Positions 37,472-50,567 of a DNA stretch of 64,000 nt are shown here, one piece after another. Source of the stretch: Neoconidiobolus thromboides FSU 785 (taxonomy: Eukaryota > Fungi > Entomophthoromycota); NCBI GenBank assembly GCA_025603075.1, contig MU626322.1, forward strand, positions 1 through 64,000, given 5' to 3'. A model generated the notes under the pieces. It was not told where the DNA came from, ran no database searches, and was given only the letters and a program-made list of their open reading frames with translations. The translations under genes were made by a program, and so were the position numbers. How positions within the stretch are numbered: the stretch's first letter is position 1; each line of letters begins with the position of its first letter.

Positions 37472-38211
37472 ATATAATAATAATTAAATAATTAAATACA
37501 AACCATAAAATTAATTTTTATGATTTGTATTATCTTATATAAAAACAAAATTCATGCTAAATTCAGTTTTATATAGGTTAGTCTAAAAAAATCAATTATT
37601 TAAATTATTTGATCATAAAAGTTAGTATTAATAATACTTACAAAAGACAAAACAATTATATAAATATATATAGTAATAAGCTTATAATAAGATGAAGCTT
37701 TTAGATCAACTTTGAGTTTTAAAACACTGATTGAAAAATTTAGTTAAACTATAGCATGTTTTTTTGGCTTTTTTAATAGAAAAAAAGCTATAATAGATAT
37801 TATTTCAAATTATATTAACATTTTTCAAAGTTTATTTTCTCTAATTTGTTTAAAAAATGAATAACAATGACATCTATATATATTTTAAAAATATTAAAAA
37901 ATTTATAGATTATTAAAATATGTAGCTTTTTATTAAAATTCTAATATAAATTTCAAAAAAGTAAAGTGTCAATTTGTTTCTTTGTTCATTTTTTGTGAAG
38001 CAAAGTTGAAACAAATATTAAACATTGAAATAAAAAACAGTACTTGGGAACTTTTTTAACCTATCAACTAGCAAAATGTGGCCAAAGATTTCATAAAGTT
38101 ATTAAAACAACGAAGGTGACTACTAAATTAGAAAATTAAAATTGGAGCTTTAAAAATAAATCAAAATTTTCCAAATTATTTAAATCATTTTTTTAGAAAT
38201 CCAATTTCATC

Positions 38212-39716
38212 ATAGATATAACACCAGAGTAAACTATGCATATCCCCAACCGATAAATGATTGCTTTTTTTAAATAGAAAAGGTACGTAGTGAAGTGGAT
38301 AAAAAGCGTTACCGCGTATACAGTTTAGAACGATACAAAATCCACAATCGTTCACTCCCAGCATATAAAAACAATCGATCCATCTCACTTGACAGTGTAT
38401 CATAGTAAATAGCTATTCTAACAAAAGTATCTAGAAAACATACATTAGGATGTTGACACGCCAGATATACAAAACTAGCTTAAAAAAAGCAAAGCAAGGA
38501 TTGATAAAAGCGTATTCCAGTCCTTCATTTCATAGTGTAATCGGTTTGTTGGTTTTGAACTTTATTTCAGTGTACAAGTCTGATTCAGTTACTGCTATAC
38601 TTTATTTTGGTTTGACTATAAGGATGGCGCAGGTGTTGGGATATGATAAATTGTAAAAGAAAGGGTAGAAAACGATGAAGAGAAAATAGGGTGTGATAAA
38701 GAAATGTAGAAAAACAAGGAAAGAATTGTAAAATTATGGAATTTATCATCCTTAGTATATTACGTTTTTTCTATAATGCTTCCAGATATGCAAAGTCTTA
38801 ATATAAATTTCGGACCAGTGAAAATCAGTGTACCGAAGAGCATTGGGAATCGTCTAGATCTGAATTAAATCCATATGGTGGGCGGAATAGAGATGAAAAT
38901 GTTTTTTTTAAATAAGAGCTCTGAAAATATATATAGTGAAAAAAAGTGACTGAATCGTTTATAGAGATTGTATCACACATTCAAGAGGTTAAATTAAATT
39001 AAATTATTCAAGGTTAGATAAAATACATGAAATACCATATCATGAATTAAAATTACTAGAAGAAAAGTTATATACCATATTAACTAATATAATGGGCCAG
39101 TTGATCTACAACTCATCCTTATATGATACAATGAAAGAAATAGAGTTAAAAGATCAAATCCAAAATATAAAAAAAATCCAGCAATTTTATGAATCTAGTG
39201 TATTTATTCATCACTTAAACGCCTTTGCTAATTTAGTGTTAGTATATCTACATTATTCTTTCGTCTTAGTTATTTCAAAACTTAAGAGGTTTTCGATTAA
39301 TAAAGCTATGGTTTCATACAAATCTGCTCAACCAGTAGCAGAATTTTTCTTAATAATAAAACGAAATAATATCCAACAAAGTCACGATAAGAATGGTGGT
39401 ACTTTTGGACGCATTGGTTGTGACTTAACTATTAACGACGGGTTCCAGATGGGTTATGGTGTACTTTATTATACTCTGCTTATGTATGTAGTATATGTTT
39501 ATTTGTCATTTATTGATAGAGAAGAATGGTTGTTAAACCGAGGATTTGGTAAGAAGTTGATAATCGAAGCAAAGGCTTATATATTGAAATTGTTGATGGC
39601 TAGTTATGACTTAAAAGTCGGATTCGGTCAATACTATCAAGTTTATTAAAAAGAATTTAAACAGTTATGTGGTAAATGAGGTATTGTTATTGTCTATTAA
39701 TGGCATTGTTACGTAG
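38212..39716 (+). pseudogene. Pseudogene of the MHD-only TF-like family
   Basis: The start is mutated to ATA in the conserved ttcatc-ATG context. Both intron donors remain, about 100 codons are deleted after exon 2, and there are many stops and frameshifts. AIRMAQxLGYD-type and EEWLLNRGFGKK motifs are retained. Confidence 0.88.
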
Positions 39717-40303
39717 AAAGTAAAGAGGAGCTATGTTTTGAATAAGTTGGATAAACTTTTTATTTATTATAAAATATTATAATATTACGTATAAAGTGCT
39801 CCTTAATAGGGAAATTGATGTAAAACAGTCGATTGTTTATTAGTAGAATTAAATTAATTTGAGTATTAAATTGTTTTTAGTGTAAATATATTTACTTTGG
39901 TTATTGATGATACATTTAAAAGCATTAAGTTACATCGTATTAACCATCTTTTCGCAATAAAAATAAAAAACTATTTTTACAATCCCTTTAAACATTTATC
40001 ATGACCACTGGGTTTAAGAATTAGTACAGTTTGTGCCAATCTTTATCTTAGAAAGGGTGCTAACTTAATTCAAAACTATGCCAGTCATTAACAAAAGGAA
40101 TAACGATTTTTAAAAGATAAACAGATGTTATCGAAATTGTGCTAATTAATATCAAAAAATAAACTTTATTAGAAATGAGGTTTTTTAAATAAATAGTTAT
40201 CATCTCCTTTACACCTCTGCCTTCAAAAGCACATTAAACAAATAAAAAACTTTGTCAATAAATAAATAAATATTCCATTAAATGCATAGTCCATATTTAT
40301 CTC

Positions 40304-42222
40304 TTACCCAATGATGTCCTTAATGGTCATTAGCAATACATTGTCAATTTCATAGTTTCCTAGATTCTCTTTAATAGATTTAACAGTATCGACTGAATCA
40401 AACCTCTCGTTTTTCAGTCTAGAGTTGCAGGCGCCCTTCAGCAATTTCAACAATTTAAGCATATACGCTTTAGCTTCAATGACAATTTCTTTCCCAAACC
40501 CCTGACTTAATAGCCATTCTTCTTCACTAATAAATGATAAATAGACATATATTACATACATAATAGAGGCATAATATGGAGCTTCATAATTGAACTGAAA
40601 CCCATCGTTAGTAGCTAAAGCACACCTAGCACATGCAAAAGCTCCACGATTCAAACCATGAGTTTGTTGAATATTATTCTGCTTCATTGTTAGATAGAAT
40701 TCAGTTACTGATTGAGCAGATTTGAACAAAAGTCTAGCTTCATCGATAGAAAACTGTTTAGGTTTTGGGACGACTAAAACAGAAGGATAGTATAGATAGA
40801 TTAATATTAGGTTAGTAAAGGCATTTAAATGATAGTTAAATACGTTGGATTCATAAAATTTCTGGATTGTTTTTGTATTTTGCATTTGTCCTTTTAGTTG
40901 TATTTTTTTCACTGCATCAGATAAAGACGGATTATATATTAATTGACTGGTTAAATTAGCCAACACAGTATTAAACTTCTCTTTTGGAAGCTGTAGTTCC
41001 TGGTGAGATACTTCATTTAATTTGTTCAATCTTAAATACTTCAATTTAATCTTTTGAACATGTGCTACAATTTCAATGAATGACTCTGTCACTACTTTTT
41101 CACCATATATCTTTTCAAGCCTACTATTTGAAAAAGTCGTCTTCATTTCCAAGCCATTTATCACACTAGTTCTGCCTAGTTGTAAACCATCTACATCAGC
41201 TTTTGGCAAGTTTATTTCTACTGGTTTAAAATTAAAACTAAGACTTGGCATATTTGGAAACAAAGTTAAAAAATGGTAATAAACCATTGATAGTGAGTTC
41301 CACAATTTTATCTTCCTTTCTTTTTTTCCCATGTCCTCCATAAAGCTCTCGTCTATACTCTTATTGTACTCCAAAATCCTCTTATCTTCTTCAATCCCCT
41401 CTTCTGTAATCTTATCATATCCTAACAACTGCGCCATCCTTACGGCTGAACTAAAATAACGTAATCCCATTACGGAATCTGATTTATATCCTGAAATAAA
41501 GCTCATAAATAGTAACCCAATCACATTATTAAAGGAGGGTTTTGCATATGCTTCTCTCAGTCCCTTCTTTGCTTTCTTTATATTTATTCTATAAATCTGC
41601 TGTGCTAGAACCCTATTATTTGAAGCTGTAAAATAAGCCAATAAAGCTAAAAATACATAAGAGGACATTTCAGAAGTATTTTTAGTTAATAAGGCGTTAA
41701 CTTCCTCAGGGGTGAACCACATTTGATATAAATCAATGTACTTTAAATAAATAGTTGTACTAGTTTGTAGGAAAGTGCCATAGCCAATGGTTGGTTGCTT
41801 CAATAAATTAATTGGCTCAACAATGTGGTTGAGGTTGGAGTTTCTGTTAATGTACATTAGGTCATGTTTATAACTATCTATTAATAATTCAATATGATCG
41901 TAGTCTTCAAATACAGATACTGTGCCTTGCTTTAGTTGACTTAATATCTTGACACACCAAGCCAAGTATCCTTAATTTTATATTTTAGTATTTTATTTTA
42001 AATGGTTTATCAAAGTGGTTATTTACTGTGATACATTGATAGCTCTGATGGACTCACTTTTTGTAAATGTCGCAATTGGGTTATTATAGAGCTTACATTT
42101 TGCTCTAAATTATCCATTTGATGCCGCTTTAAACCTATTCCACTGCGTAGTTTAGCTATGAGCCAATATTAGTATACATTGGTTCGAAAAATGGATGGCT
42201 TACTTTTTGGTGGAGTATTCAT
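40304..42222 (-). CDS. Fungal TF middle-homology-domain protein lacking Zn2Cys6 (about 604 aa, 3 exons)
   Basis: Exons 42222-42204, 42155-42027 and 41970-40304 splice in frame. AVRMAQLLGYD...KLWNSLSMVYY resembles the fungal_trans motifs. Confidence 0.85.
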
Positions 42223-42581
42223 GATGTTGGGTTTTAAGATAAATTAAACTAAAAAAGCTAAAAACTAGCATTATTTTTAACTACGATTGCTTAATTTTGT
42301 ACAGCTTGACTGCAATAATTACTATTTTATGCCTAATTTAAGTAAAATGCGACTAGTTTAGCAATGATTTTTATAATTAAAAAGCTTATTATAATTCTTT
42401 TGAAGCTTAATTATGGCTATATTTACTCTTAAATGAATAGTTTATTAGTTTATAGAAGAGATGAAATAATAGTAAACTATGTCCTTTTCTCTAGTTTATC
42501 TAGCAAAATAGCATAATTATTTCACCTCATAAAAATAAAAAATAAGTTCTTGACCTATTTAATTTAAAATTCAATTTCAAC

Positions 42582-44491
42582 ATGGATACAGTGCCAAAAA
42601 GTAAACAGTTTTATTATTATGATTGATGTATACTAACCTTCAATCCATAGTAAAACCACGTAGTAAAATGAATAAAAGGCATCATCGTGTGGATGCTTTA
42701 GAGCGTAATATAATGAAAACGATAGCCTGTTTACAACAACTCAAAACTGTTAGCCCATCTCACTTATCAGTATATCACAGTAAATAACCATATTAGAAAA
42801 ACTACTCAAAGAACTAAAACTATATTGAAGAATATTTAGCCTGGTGCGTCGAGATATTAATTGGACTACAACAAGAAACCTTATCAGTGGTCGAAGACTA
42901 CGATTACATTGAATTATTGATAGTCACTTATAAACAAGAACTGAATTTCCTCAACAACAATGACAACTTTTCACATATTATAGAACCAATTACTTTATCG
43001 AAGCAACCAACCACTGGATATGGTACTTTTTTACAAAACGGCACTACTATTTATTTAAAGTATATTGATTTATATAAAATGTGGTATACTTGCGAAGAAG
43101 TCAACGCTTTACTAATCAACTCTAAGCCTGGTATGCCTTCTTATGCCTTTTTAGCTTTATTGGCTTACTTCACAGGTTCGAACAATAGTACATTGACACA
43201 ATGGATTTATAAAAACAACTTGAAAAAAGCTAAAGAAGGTTTGGCAGAGGTTTATGCTAATCCATCATTTAATGGTGTAATTAGCTTACTCTTTTTGTGC
43301 TTTATTTCAGTTTATATACCAGATCCAGTAGGAAGTGCACGCTACTTTAGCTCAGCTGTAAGAATGGCACAAGCATTAGGGTACGATAAAATAGTAGAAG
43401 AGATGGAGGAAAGTGACAAAAAGAGGTTAAGACATGATAAAGAAAAGCAGGAGGCGAATAAGATAGAATCAGAGAAAAGGGGAAGGATTGTGAAATTATG
43501 GAACTCATTATCGTTGGTTTATTATTCTTTTCTGACAATGTTTCCAAATATGCTAAGCCTTGGCGCCAACTTTAAACCCATGGGAATCGAGTTGCCTGAT
43601 GTCAATAATAATTCGCAAATGCATAAAACTTATGAGCTGAATAGCTTGGAGATGGACACTATCTTTTTATCTAAAAACAATGAAAAAGTATATATTGAAA
43701 AGACAGTGACAGAGTCACTCACTGAAGTTGTATCACACATTCAAAAGGTTAAATTAAGCTATTCAAGATTAAATAAAATACACGAAATATCCGATTGCGA
43801 ATTACAATTACCAAAAGAAAAGTTTAACACAGTATTAACTAGTCTAACCAGCCAATTAATGTATAATCCATCTTTGTTTGAAACAGTAAAAAAAATGGAA
43901 TTAAAAAAACAAATAGAAAGTAAGAAAACGATACAACATTATTATGAATCAAATATCTTCAACTATCACTTAAATGCTTATACCCATTTAGTGTTAATAT
44001 ACTTATATTACCCTTCAGTACTAGTGTTTCCAAAACCAAAAAGATTTCCCATCAATGAAGCTCTAATCTTATATAAATCAGCTCAATTTGTGGCAGAGTT
44101 TTTTTTAACAATCAAACAAAATAATATTCAGCAGAAAAACAAAAGTCAAACCACTAGTAAAAGTAATTATAATGAACTAGCCATCAACAACGAATTTCAT
44201 TTTAATTATAAAGCTCCATATTATACTTCAACTATGTATGTAGTGTACGTTTATTTATCATTTATTAGTGAAGAAAGATGGTTGTTGAGCCAGGGGTTTG
44301 GTAAAAAGTTGATAGTTGAAGCAAAGGCTTATGTACTGAAATTATTAAAAATGTTGAAGGCTACCTGTGATTCTAAATTGAAAAGTGAAAGGTTAGATTC
44401 AAAGAGTACAATTCAATTTGTTAAAGAAAATTTGAGAAATTTTGAAATTGAGGATACATTATTATTATCTATCAATGAGATAATTAGCTAA
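42582..44491 (+). CDS. Fungal TF middle-homology-domain protein lacking Zn2Cys6 (about 602 aa, 3 exons)
   Basis: Exons 42582-42600, 42651-42779 and 42831-44491. Same intron positions as its paralogs. Confidence 0.85.
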
Positions 44492-45243
44492 AATGTAAAG
44501 AAATCGAGATGTTAACGAAATATTTATTTATTACTGTAAAAAAGGTATCATATTATTTATTTAATGTGTTCTTGAGGGGGGCGATTGGAAAGACGAGACT
44601 TATTTGCTATAAAATAAATTTTTTATTGAATAATCATTAGACCTATCAATCCGATTATTATACTATTGACTAAGAGATTGATATTCTAACAAATTTTAAA
44701 TTGAAAAATGCTAGTTGATTCTAAAAGCAAATACAATTAGCAGCTAATAGATTGGTAGTTTTATGTCAGTTTTAAAGGATGTTATTCATTTTTTCCTTAG
44801 TTTTTAAAAATTTGAAAAATATCTATTGAGTAAGATAAAAGGTTTATTACGTGTTTAACGAGTCTCTTTGATAAAATGACAATAGTTTAAAAATGGAATA
44901 GCAATTATATAATCTAATTTTTTAAAACTGTCATTTTACTTTATTCTGTGCTTTAGTTAATCAAAAGTACTTAATAATTTTGACCTTTATATAAATTGGC
45001 ATTTTTTTAATGAAAGTTGATTATATTTTTTTGAAACTCTTCAAAATGTGATGCTAAAACCTTTTTAAATTGTACACATTTTCCAATTTTTTGGGGAAGA
45101 TACTAAAATATCAGCTTTTATGCTCGTGTACATGATCTAATTAAAATAACTGAAAATAAAGTATAAAAGCAAATCAACTTTTGTACAGAAACAAAAACAA
45201 CTTCTTTATTTAGATATCAGGTTGTTATTACTGTTTTGGAAAA

Positions 45244-45492
45244 ATGAAACCAAACACCATTATTTACCATTTAGTTTTAATTACTGGAGTACTCTCTACT
45301 TGTAAAGTGTCTTATTTTCCCAGCCGTGGTATAAAGGAACAGAATTTTACCTGTAAAGTAAGCTGTACTAAAGTTATAACTGTCGCTTCTAACCCCAATG
45401 GTCTTATTTGCTCTTTAAATAATGATATGGTTATATGTTCTTGTGCCAATGATGGATGTGGTTCCTTGCCATCATCATTAAAATGTAAATAA
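45244..45492 (+). CDS. Small secreted cysteine-rich protein (82 aa)
   Basis: Signal peptide MKPNTIIYHLVLITGVLS and 8 Cys in the mature ~64 aa. Confidence 0.75.
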   Translation: MKPNTIIYHLVLITGVLSTCKVSYFPSRGIKEQNFTCKVSCTKVITVASNPNGLICSLNNDMVICSCANDGCGSLPSSLKCK

Positions 45493-46070
45493 GAGATGCA
45501 TTTATTAAATTATCATTTATAAAATTATTTTTTGGTTACTTGTTATATTTTTTATAACTAATATTTGATAAATTATTATTATTATTGTTAATTAGTTTGT
45601 TTAAGTTTGAAATATCATACCTATCAGTTAAGTGGGTTTATAAAAAAAATGTAAAAAGAATACTGTTAACAAGAATGACTGTAAAAATACTAAGATAACA
45701 ATTTAAAGAAACTAAGGAGGTATTAAGTAGAAAGTTAATGGCACATAGTACTATTTTTCTATCAAATTTAGACTTTAAAAAGAATTGAAGGCAAAAGATT
45801 TATAAATGAAGGTGATACTTTGAGGGAATGTTAATATAGATTTAATTTTGTCGTTTGAATTCAAAATAAGTTTTAATAGAAATGACATCAAAGGATCAAA
45901 AAACACGATTTAATACTTTTTTTTATAAATAGGATCAAAACTGACATCTGCTCTACTCAATCACCATACAAAAAAATTCGTTTATATAAGCTCTAACTCT
46001 AGATACTATTGATATATTAATATCTAAAAAAACAATACGCCTTAAACCAAACCTAGCTATCCCTTTTGAT

Positions 46071-46280
46071 CTAATACCTCTTCCCGATAGCTCTACTCAT
46101 TGCCATACTTTTAGGATATAAAAATCGAGTACCAATACCCAAACAAGCGATTAAATTAATAAACATACCCCAACCAAAGCCAGAAAGAAAAGGAAAAAGT
46201 AATTGATTAGTAATTATAGTGAGGATAGTGGAGCCTATGCTAGGGGCTACTGGTGGTGACTTATTTTTTTTGAGCTGCAT
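46071..46280 (-). CDS. Small membrane protein (69 aa), possibly Mim1/TOM13-like
   Basis: The hydrophobic segment NQLLFPFLSGFGWGMF loosely resembles Mim1 NLLLPFINGMMLGF. It sits as a compact ORF with its own AT-rich flanks. Confidence 0.45.
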   Translation of the reverse strand: MQLKKNKSPPVAPSIGSTILTIITNQLLFPFLSGFGWGMFINLIACLGIGTRFLYPKSMAMSRAIGKRY

Positions 46281-46784
46281 TTTCGTTTTAAGATTGAAAT
46301 TATAAAAAAATTAAAGATTAATTTTGAAAAATGGAAATTTTAGAAGCTATTTTTTTTGGTTAGCAATTAAAACGAAAATCAAAAGATCAAGTTTTATCTC
46401 TAAAAACTTAGTTATAAGTTTAAATATTAGTAGATATAGCTTTATGTAAATGTGTAAAAATGATATTATGAAATTCGTTTTAAGCAATGTATTTTCATGT
46501 ATATATAGTGTATTATTATTAATAGGATGCATCTAAAAGAACGATTAAAATATTAAATATTATTGTAATATCTTGGACTAAAATTTATACTCTGGGCTTT
46601 AATTTTCAATATGACAAATAACTGTTAATAATTAAATAAAAAGCAATCCATTATTTACATATAAAGAAACCTACTATATTTATTTTTTAAAACAACTCTT
46701 AAAAAATTCCGCATTCAAAAATTAAAAATTAAAGTATTCATCATATAACGTATTATTATCAAAAAATGTCTTTTACTTAATCAC

Positions 46785-47564
46785 CTATTGTCCCTTCCCT
46801 TTCTCTAATCCAGCAGGTGAATCTACCTTCTTGTTGATATCTTCAAATCCAACCGGTGGTGTTAATGTTTTCTTTGCTTTTTCACCAAGATAATGATAAT
46901 CTACAAATCGATAAGCTTGAGTTAATTGGGCTACTTCATTGGTGGCATGGCAAGCAAATAACAACATATTTCTTGGTTCGACCATCCATGCAAAACGCAT
47001 AAAGACAGCGGAGTAAAGGCAAAGGGCTAGAGAAATGGAGATAAATTAGTTATATTGGGCTGCCAACTTATTCTTAATCGAACAAAATAAAACAAAATAG
47101 AAATTAAAATTAAAAACAGCTAGTTTGGATAGGCTGATAGAGTTGATAGAGTTGATAGAGTTAATAAAGGGTTCAACAAATTCAACACTTACCTGTAGTC
47201 ATTTTACCAGAGATTAATTCTGGGTCTTTATTTAAATCATTCAAAGCAGCAATTGGAATACCCCAGTTAGCGACTAAAAAATAAAATTTAGTAAATAATT
47301 TATGTTATTGAGGATCATGGACTTACCAGGTCCCCAGAAATGCTATTTAAGGTTTTAAAAATAGAATAAAATAATAAGTTTATATTTTTTTATAAAAGAG
47401 TACATGTTCTACTTACAGTACTAAAGATAAAGATTAATTATCAATGAGAATGGATAACAATATTATTAATGGTTTATTTACCTGCATAGATACTCACGAA
47501 ATTCTTTGGATTTTACTTTAGTCATTAATCTTTGAGCTATCGAATTGCTGGCTGGTCCACTCAT
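46785..47564 (-). CDS. MPC1: Mitochondrial pyruvate carrier subunit 1, 5 exons
   Basis: Spliced product [27 protein letters not shown]...[30 protein letters not shown]. Confidence 0.95.
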
Positions 47565-47956
47565 TTTTTTAAGTTTTTTTATAAAAGAATAGAAATGAAA
47601 AATTGATAAGAGTTTTGAAGTTTATTTTTTTTGGTGCTTAATTTTGTCCCTGAAAAAATAAAGTGAATGAAATTAGAAAGTCAATATCAGAGTGAAAGGT
47701 AAGATAAAAGTAATAACGTAAGGATCATAAATTTATTATAAAGGCTGAATATATACTCTAATTATTAACTAAAGCCATTATCCAGTTTTACTATATCCCA
47801 CACTGAATTCAAGTTAACGTACCTTCTTTATCTATTGTAAATTCCTTCTAAGCCATAGCTAATCTCCAACCAATAAAAGCATCGACATTATTTAAAATGT
47901 CATTAACTTTTTTTGAAAAAGTGTCATAAGCTCCTTTTTTCAAAAGCAATCTTTAA

Positions 47957-50320
47957 ATGGCACGTAAAAACCCTCCCAGAAAAGCAAAGACTTCCAATAA
48001 TTATGTTTTTACTACCAACGAAGATGGGGAAGTCATTTTAGGAAAAAGTAAAGTGAATATTGAACAAGTGGATGGGGATGAGACTGTGGACGAGGCAACA
48101 CTAGAAGGGGAGACGGATGGAGTAGGTAAGGAGACTTGGGGATCAAATGAAAAAAAGTGTTAATATAATATATAGATAATGTGGATAGCGAACAAGAGTT
48201 AACTGTTGTCAAGAAAACTAGCAGAAAACCTAAAAAAGTTATTGTAAAGAAAAGTAAGTTTAGAGTTATTTATGTTATTTAATTAATATTTATATTTGAT
48301 CAACAGCTACTGTAACAGATAAAAAGAGCTCGATCAAGGATTATTTTACAAAGAAAACAAAAGATACTGTAGTCAGTTGCAAAGAAATTGTTAATGATGT
48401 AAAAGAAGAATTGATAGAATCGCAAATTATAACAGATGGGTGTATTCAAAAGGTAATATTGCTTTGAGCTTATTAGAATAAATAGATGTTAAATTAAAAT
48501 AAAGGAACAAGAATCCGATTCAGAAACTATTACAACTAAAAAAAGAAAGGGTAAAAAAGAGACAAATACAGAATCAAAAAGAGGCAAAAAACAAACTAGA
48601 AAGAGAGATGAAAGCAGCGAAGAAGAGTATATAGATAATGGAATAGAAAGTGAAGAAAAATATATAGATAATGACGAAGTAGCTGAAGATGAAATAGATA
48701 AAGAAGAAGCGATAGTTAAAAAGAAAACCACAATGAATAGTAAAAAAATTAAGAGTAATTTTCCAACTACTAAAAAGAATAAATTAAAACAAAAGATGCC
48801 AAAAACATTTGAACTTATTCAAAATAAAGAAGAAAGCGAGATAAGTGATCCTAAATTAGTCGACAGTATTTATTTTCGAAGAAGGGAATATGATGTTTTG
48901 GAAGTAAAAGAAGGAGAGTATGAGCAAATGTTTCAATCACATAATATTAAATTAAGAATCGAAGAAGAAAAGTATGAACTGAAATCATATGATGGTATGG
49001 AAGTTAATGGGTACAAAATATTTAATATTAATTTGAGTAGTTATTGGATTGATTTTGACTATAGCGGGCAGTATTTAGCAGTAGCAGGTAGTTCAAAAGA
49101 TAAGGGTAGTGAATTAAAGATGGAATTTAATTTTGATAATAAAAAAGGTTGGATCCAAATTTGGGACTTAAAGAAAATGAAGTTAATTATTAATATTCGG
49201 CATAATTTTAGTGTTTTGTTAAAGTTGAAGTGGTGGAATATCAATATGGATAAAATCAATATTGAAAATAGTATTAGTTTAGGTTGTTTGGTAGTTAATG
49301 GAGAAGATGGTAAAATAAGACTATTTGAAATACCAAAAATAAAAGAAGAAGAAGAAATTATGCATATTGAACTAACGGATGAGTCAAAAAATATTATAGG
49401 AATTTTAAAACACCCAGAAATTTTATATAATAATTTTGAACTGTTCAGTAATAACCTTTTAATAGCTATTAGTTTACAAGGGAATATTATCAATTATGAT
49501 TTAACAGACTGCATTTTAAATCAAAACAATATTAATAAAATACCAAAGTTTATTGCCCAACCTCATCATTCCCCAATCTCCTACATTACTTTATTATGCA
49601 ATAAATACCTATTCACATTTTCATACGATGGCAAAGCAATGATTCAATCACTTAATGATTATGAAAAGAAATTTAAATTACATACATCAAGAACAGCACC
49701 CAACAATGCTACTACTATTGTTTATGATAATCAACAGTATGTCTTATTTTCAGATCAACAAGGAGGTATAAAATGGCTACATTTTATGGATTTAGATTTA
49801 AGCTGTAAATTATATAAATGTAACACATATCCAAAATCACCAGCGGTTAAGTATTTAGCTAGTCAATATCATCATTTAACGGCCACAACTACATTTCAAG
49901 GCACGCTGGATTTGTTTATGTGTTGGGGTATGAATACTAGGGGAGATAGGGTAAGTCGAAGCTTTGATTTTTTAATAGTTAATTGATCTTATTTTTTAAT
50001 TTTGTTTTAGGCATTTTCAGAGGTAAGTATAGTGAAAGTGGAACAAGAAGACGAAAACGAAGAGTTACAGTTATCCTTATTAAAAGAGATACCTAAGGTA
50101 AAATGACATAGTTTTAATATTATTTATTTGTTTATTTATTTGTTAGGATTTATTAAAAAATGAAAAATATCATTTAAAATTATTAAAAAATACTCAACCC
50201 CATTTTTTAACTAAGTTATATTTTAATACTGTTATATGGTGTCAGAATAAAAATAAGCCATTTTTAGTTGCTACTACAACTAATAATGGTCTCTTGATAG
50301 TAAAGGATTTGAAAGAGTGA
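47957..50320 (+). CDS. TFIIIC WD40 subunit (Tfc6/GTF3C2-like), multi-exon
   Basis: Acidic/basic N-terminal low-complexity region, then WD40-like QYLAVAGS, WIQIWDL and LGCLVVNGEDGKIRLFEIP. The last exon, TVIWCQNKNKPFLVATTTNNGLLIV, ends with TGA at 50320. Confidence 0.7.
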
Positions 50321-50567
50321 AAATAAGAAATATATAATATATAGGTTTTATAGAACTTTTCAATTTAATTTATAAATAAGAAATTAAACATGTATAAATA
50401 AATTAAAGCTTAATATTGAATATTTTTTTGATATTTTACTAATTTTATAAATGAAAGATAAACAAAAAATAATACTTTTTTTAATTTGAACTTGAGTGTA
50501 TAAAATTATTAAATTGTATCAAAGCCAATCTAAAAAAAATTGTTAACAACTTTAGAACTTTATGATT

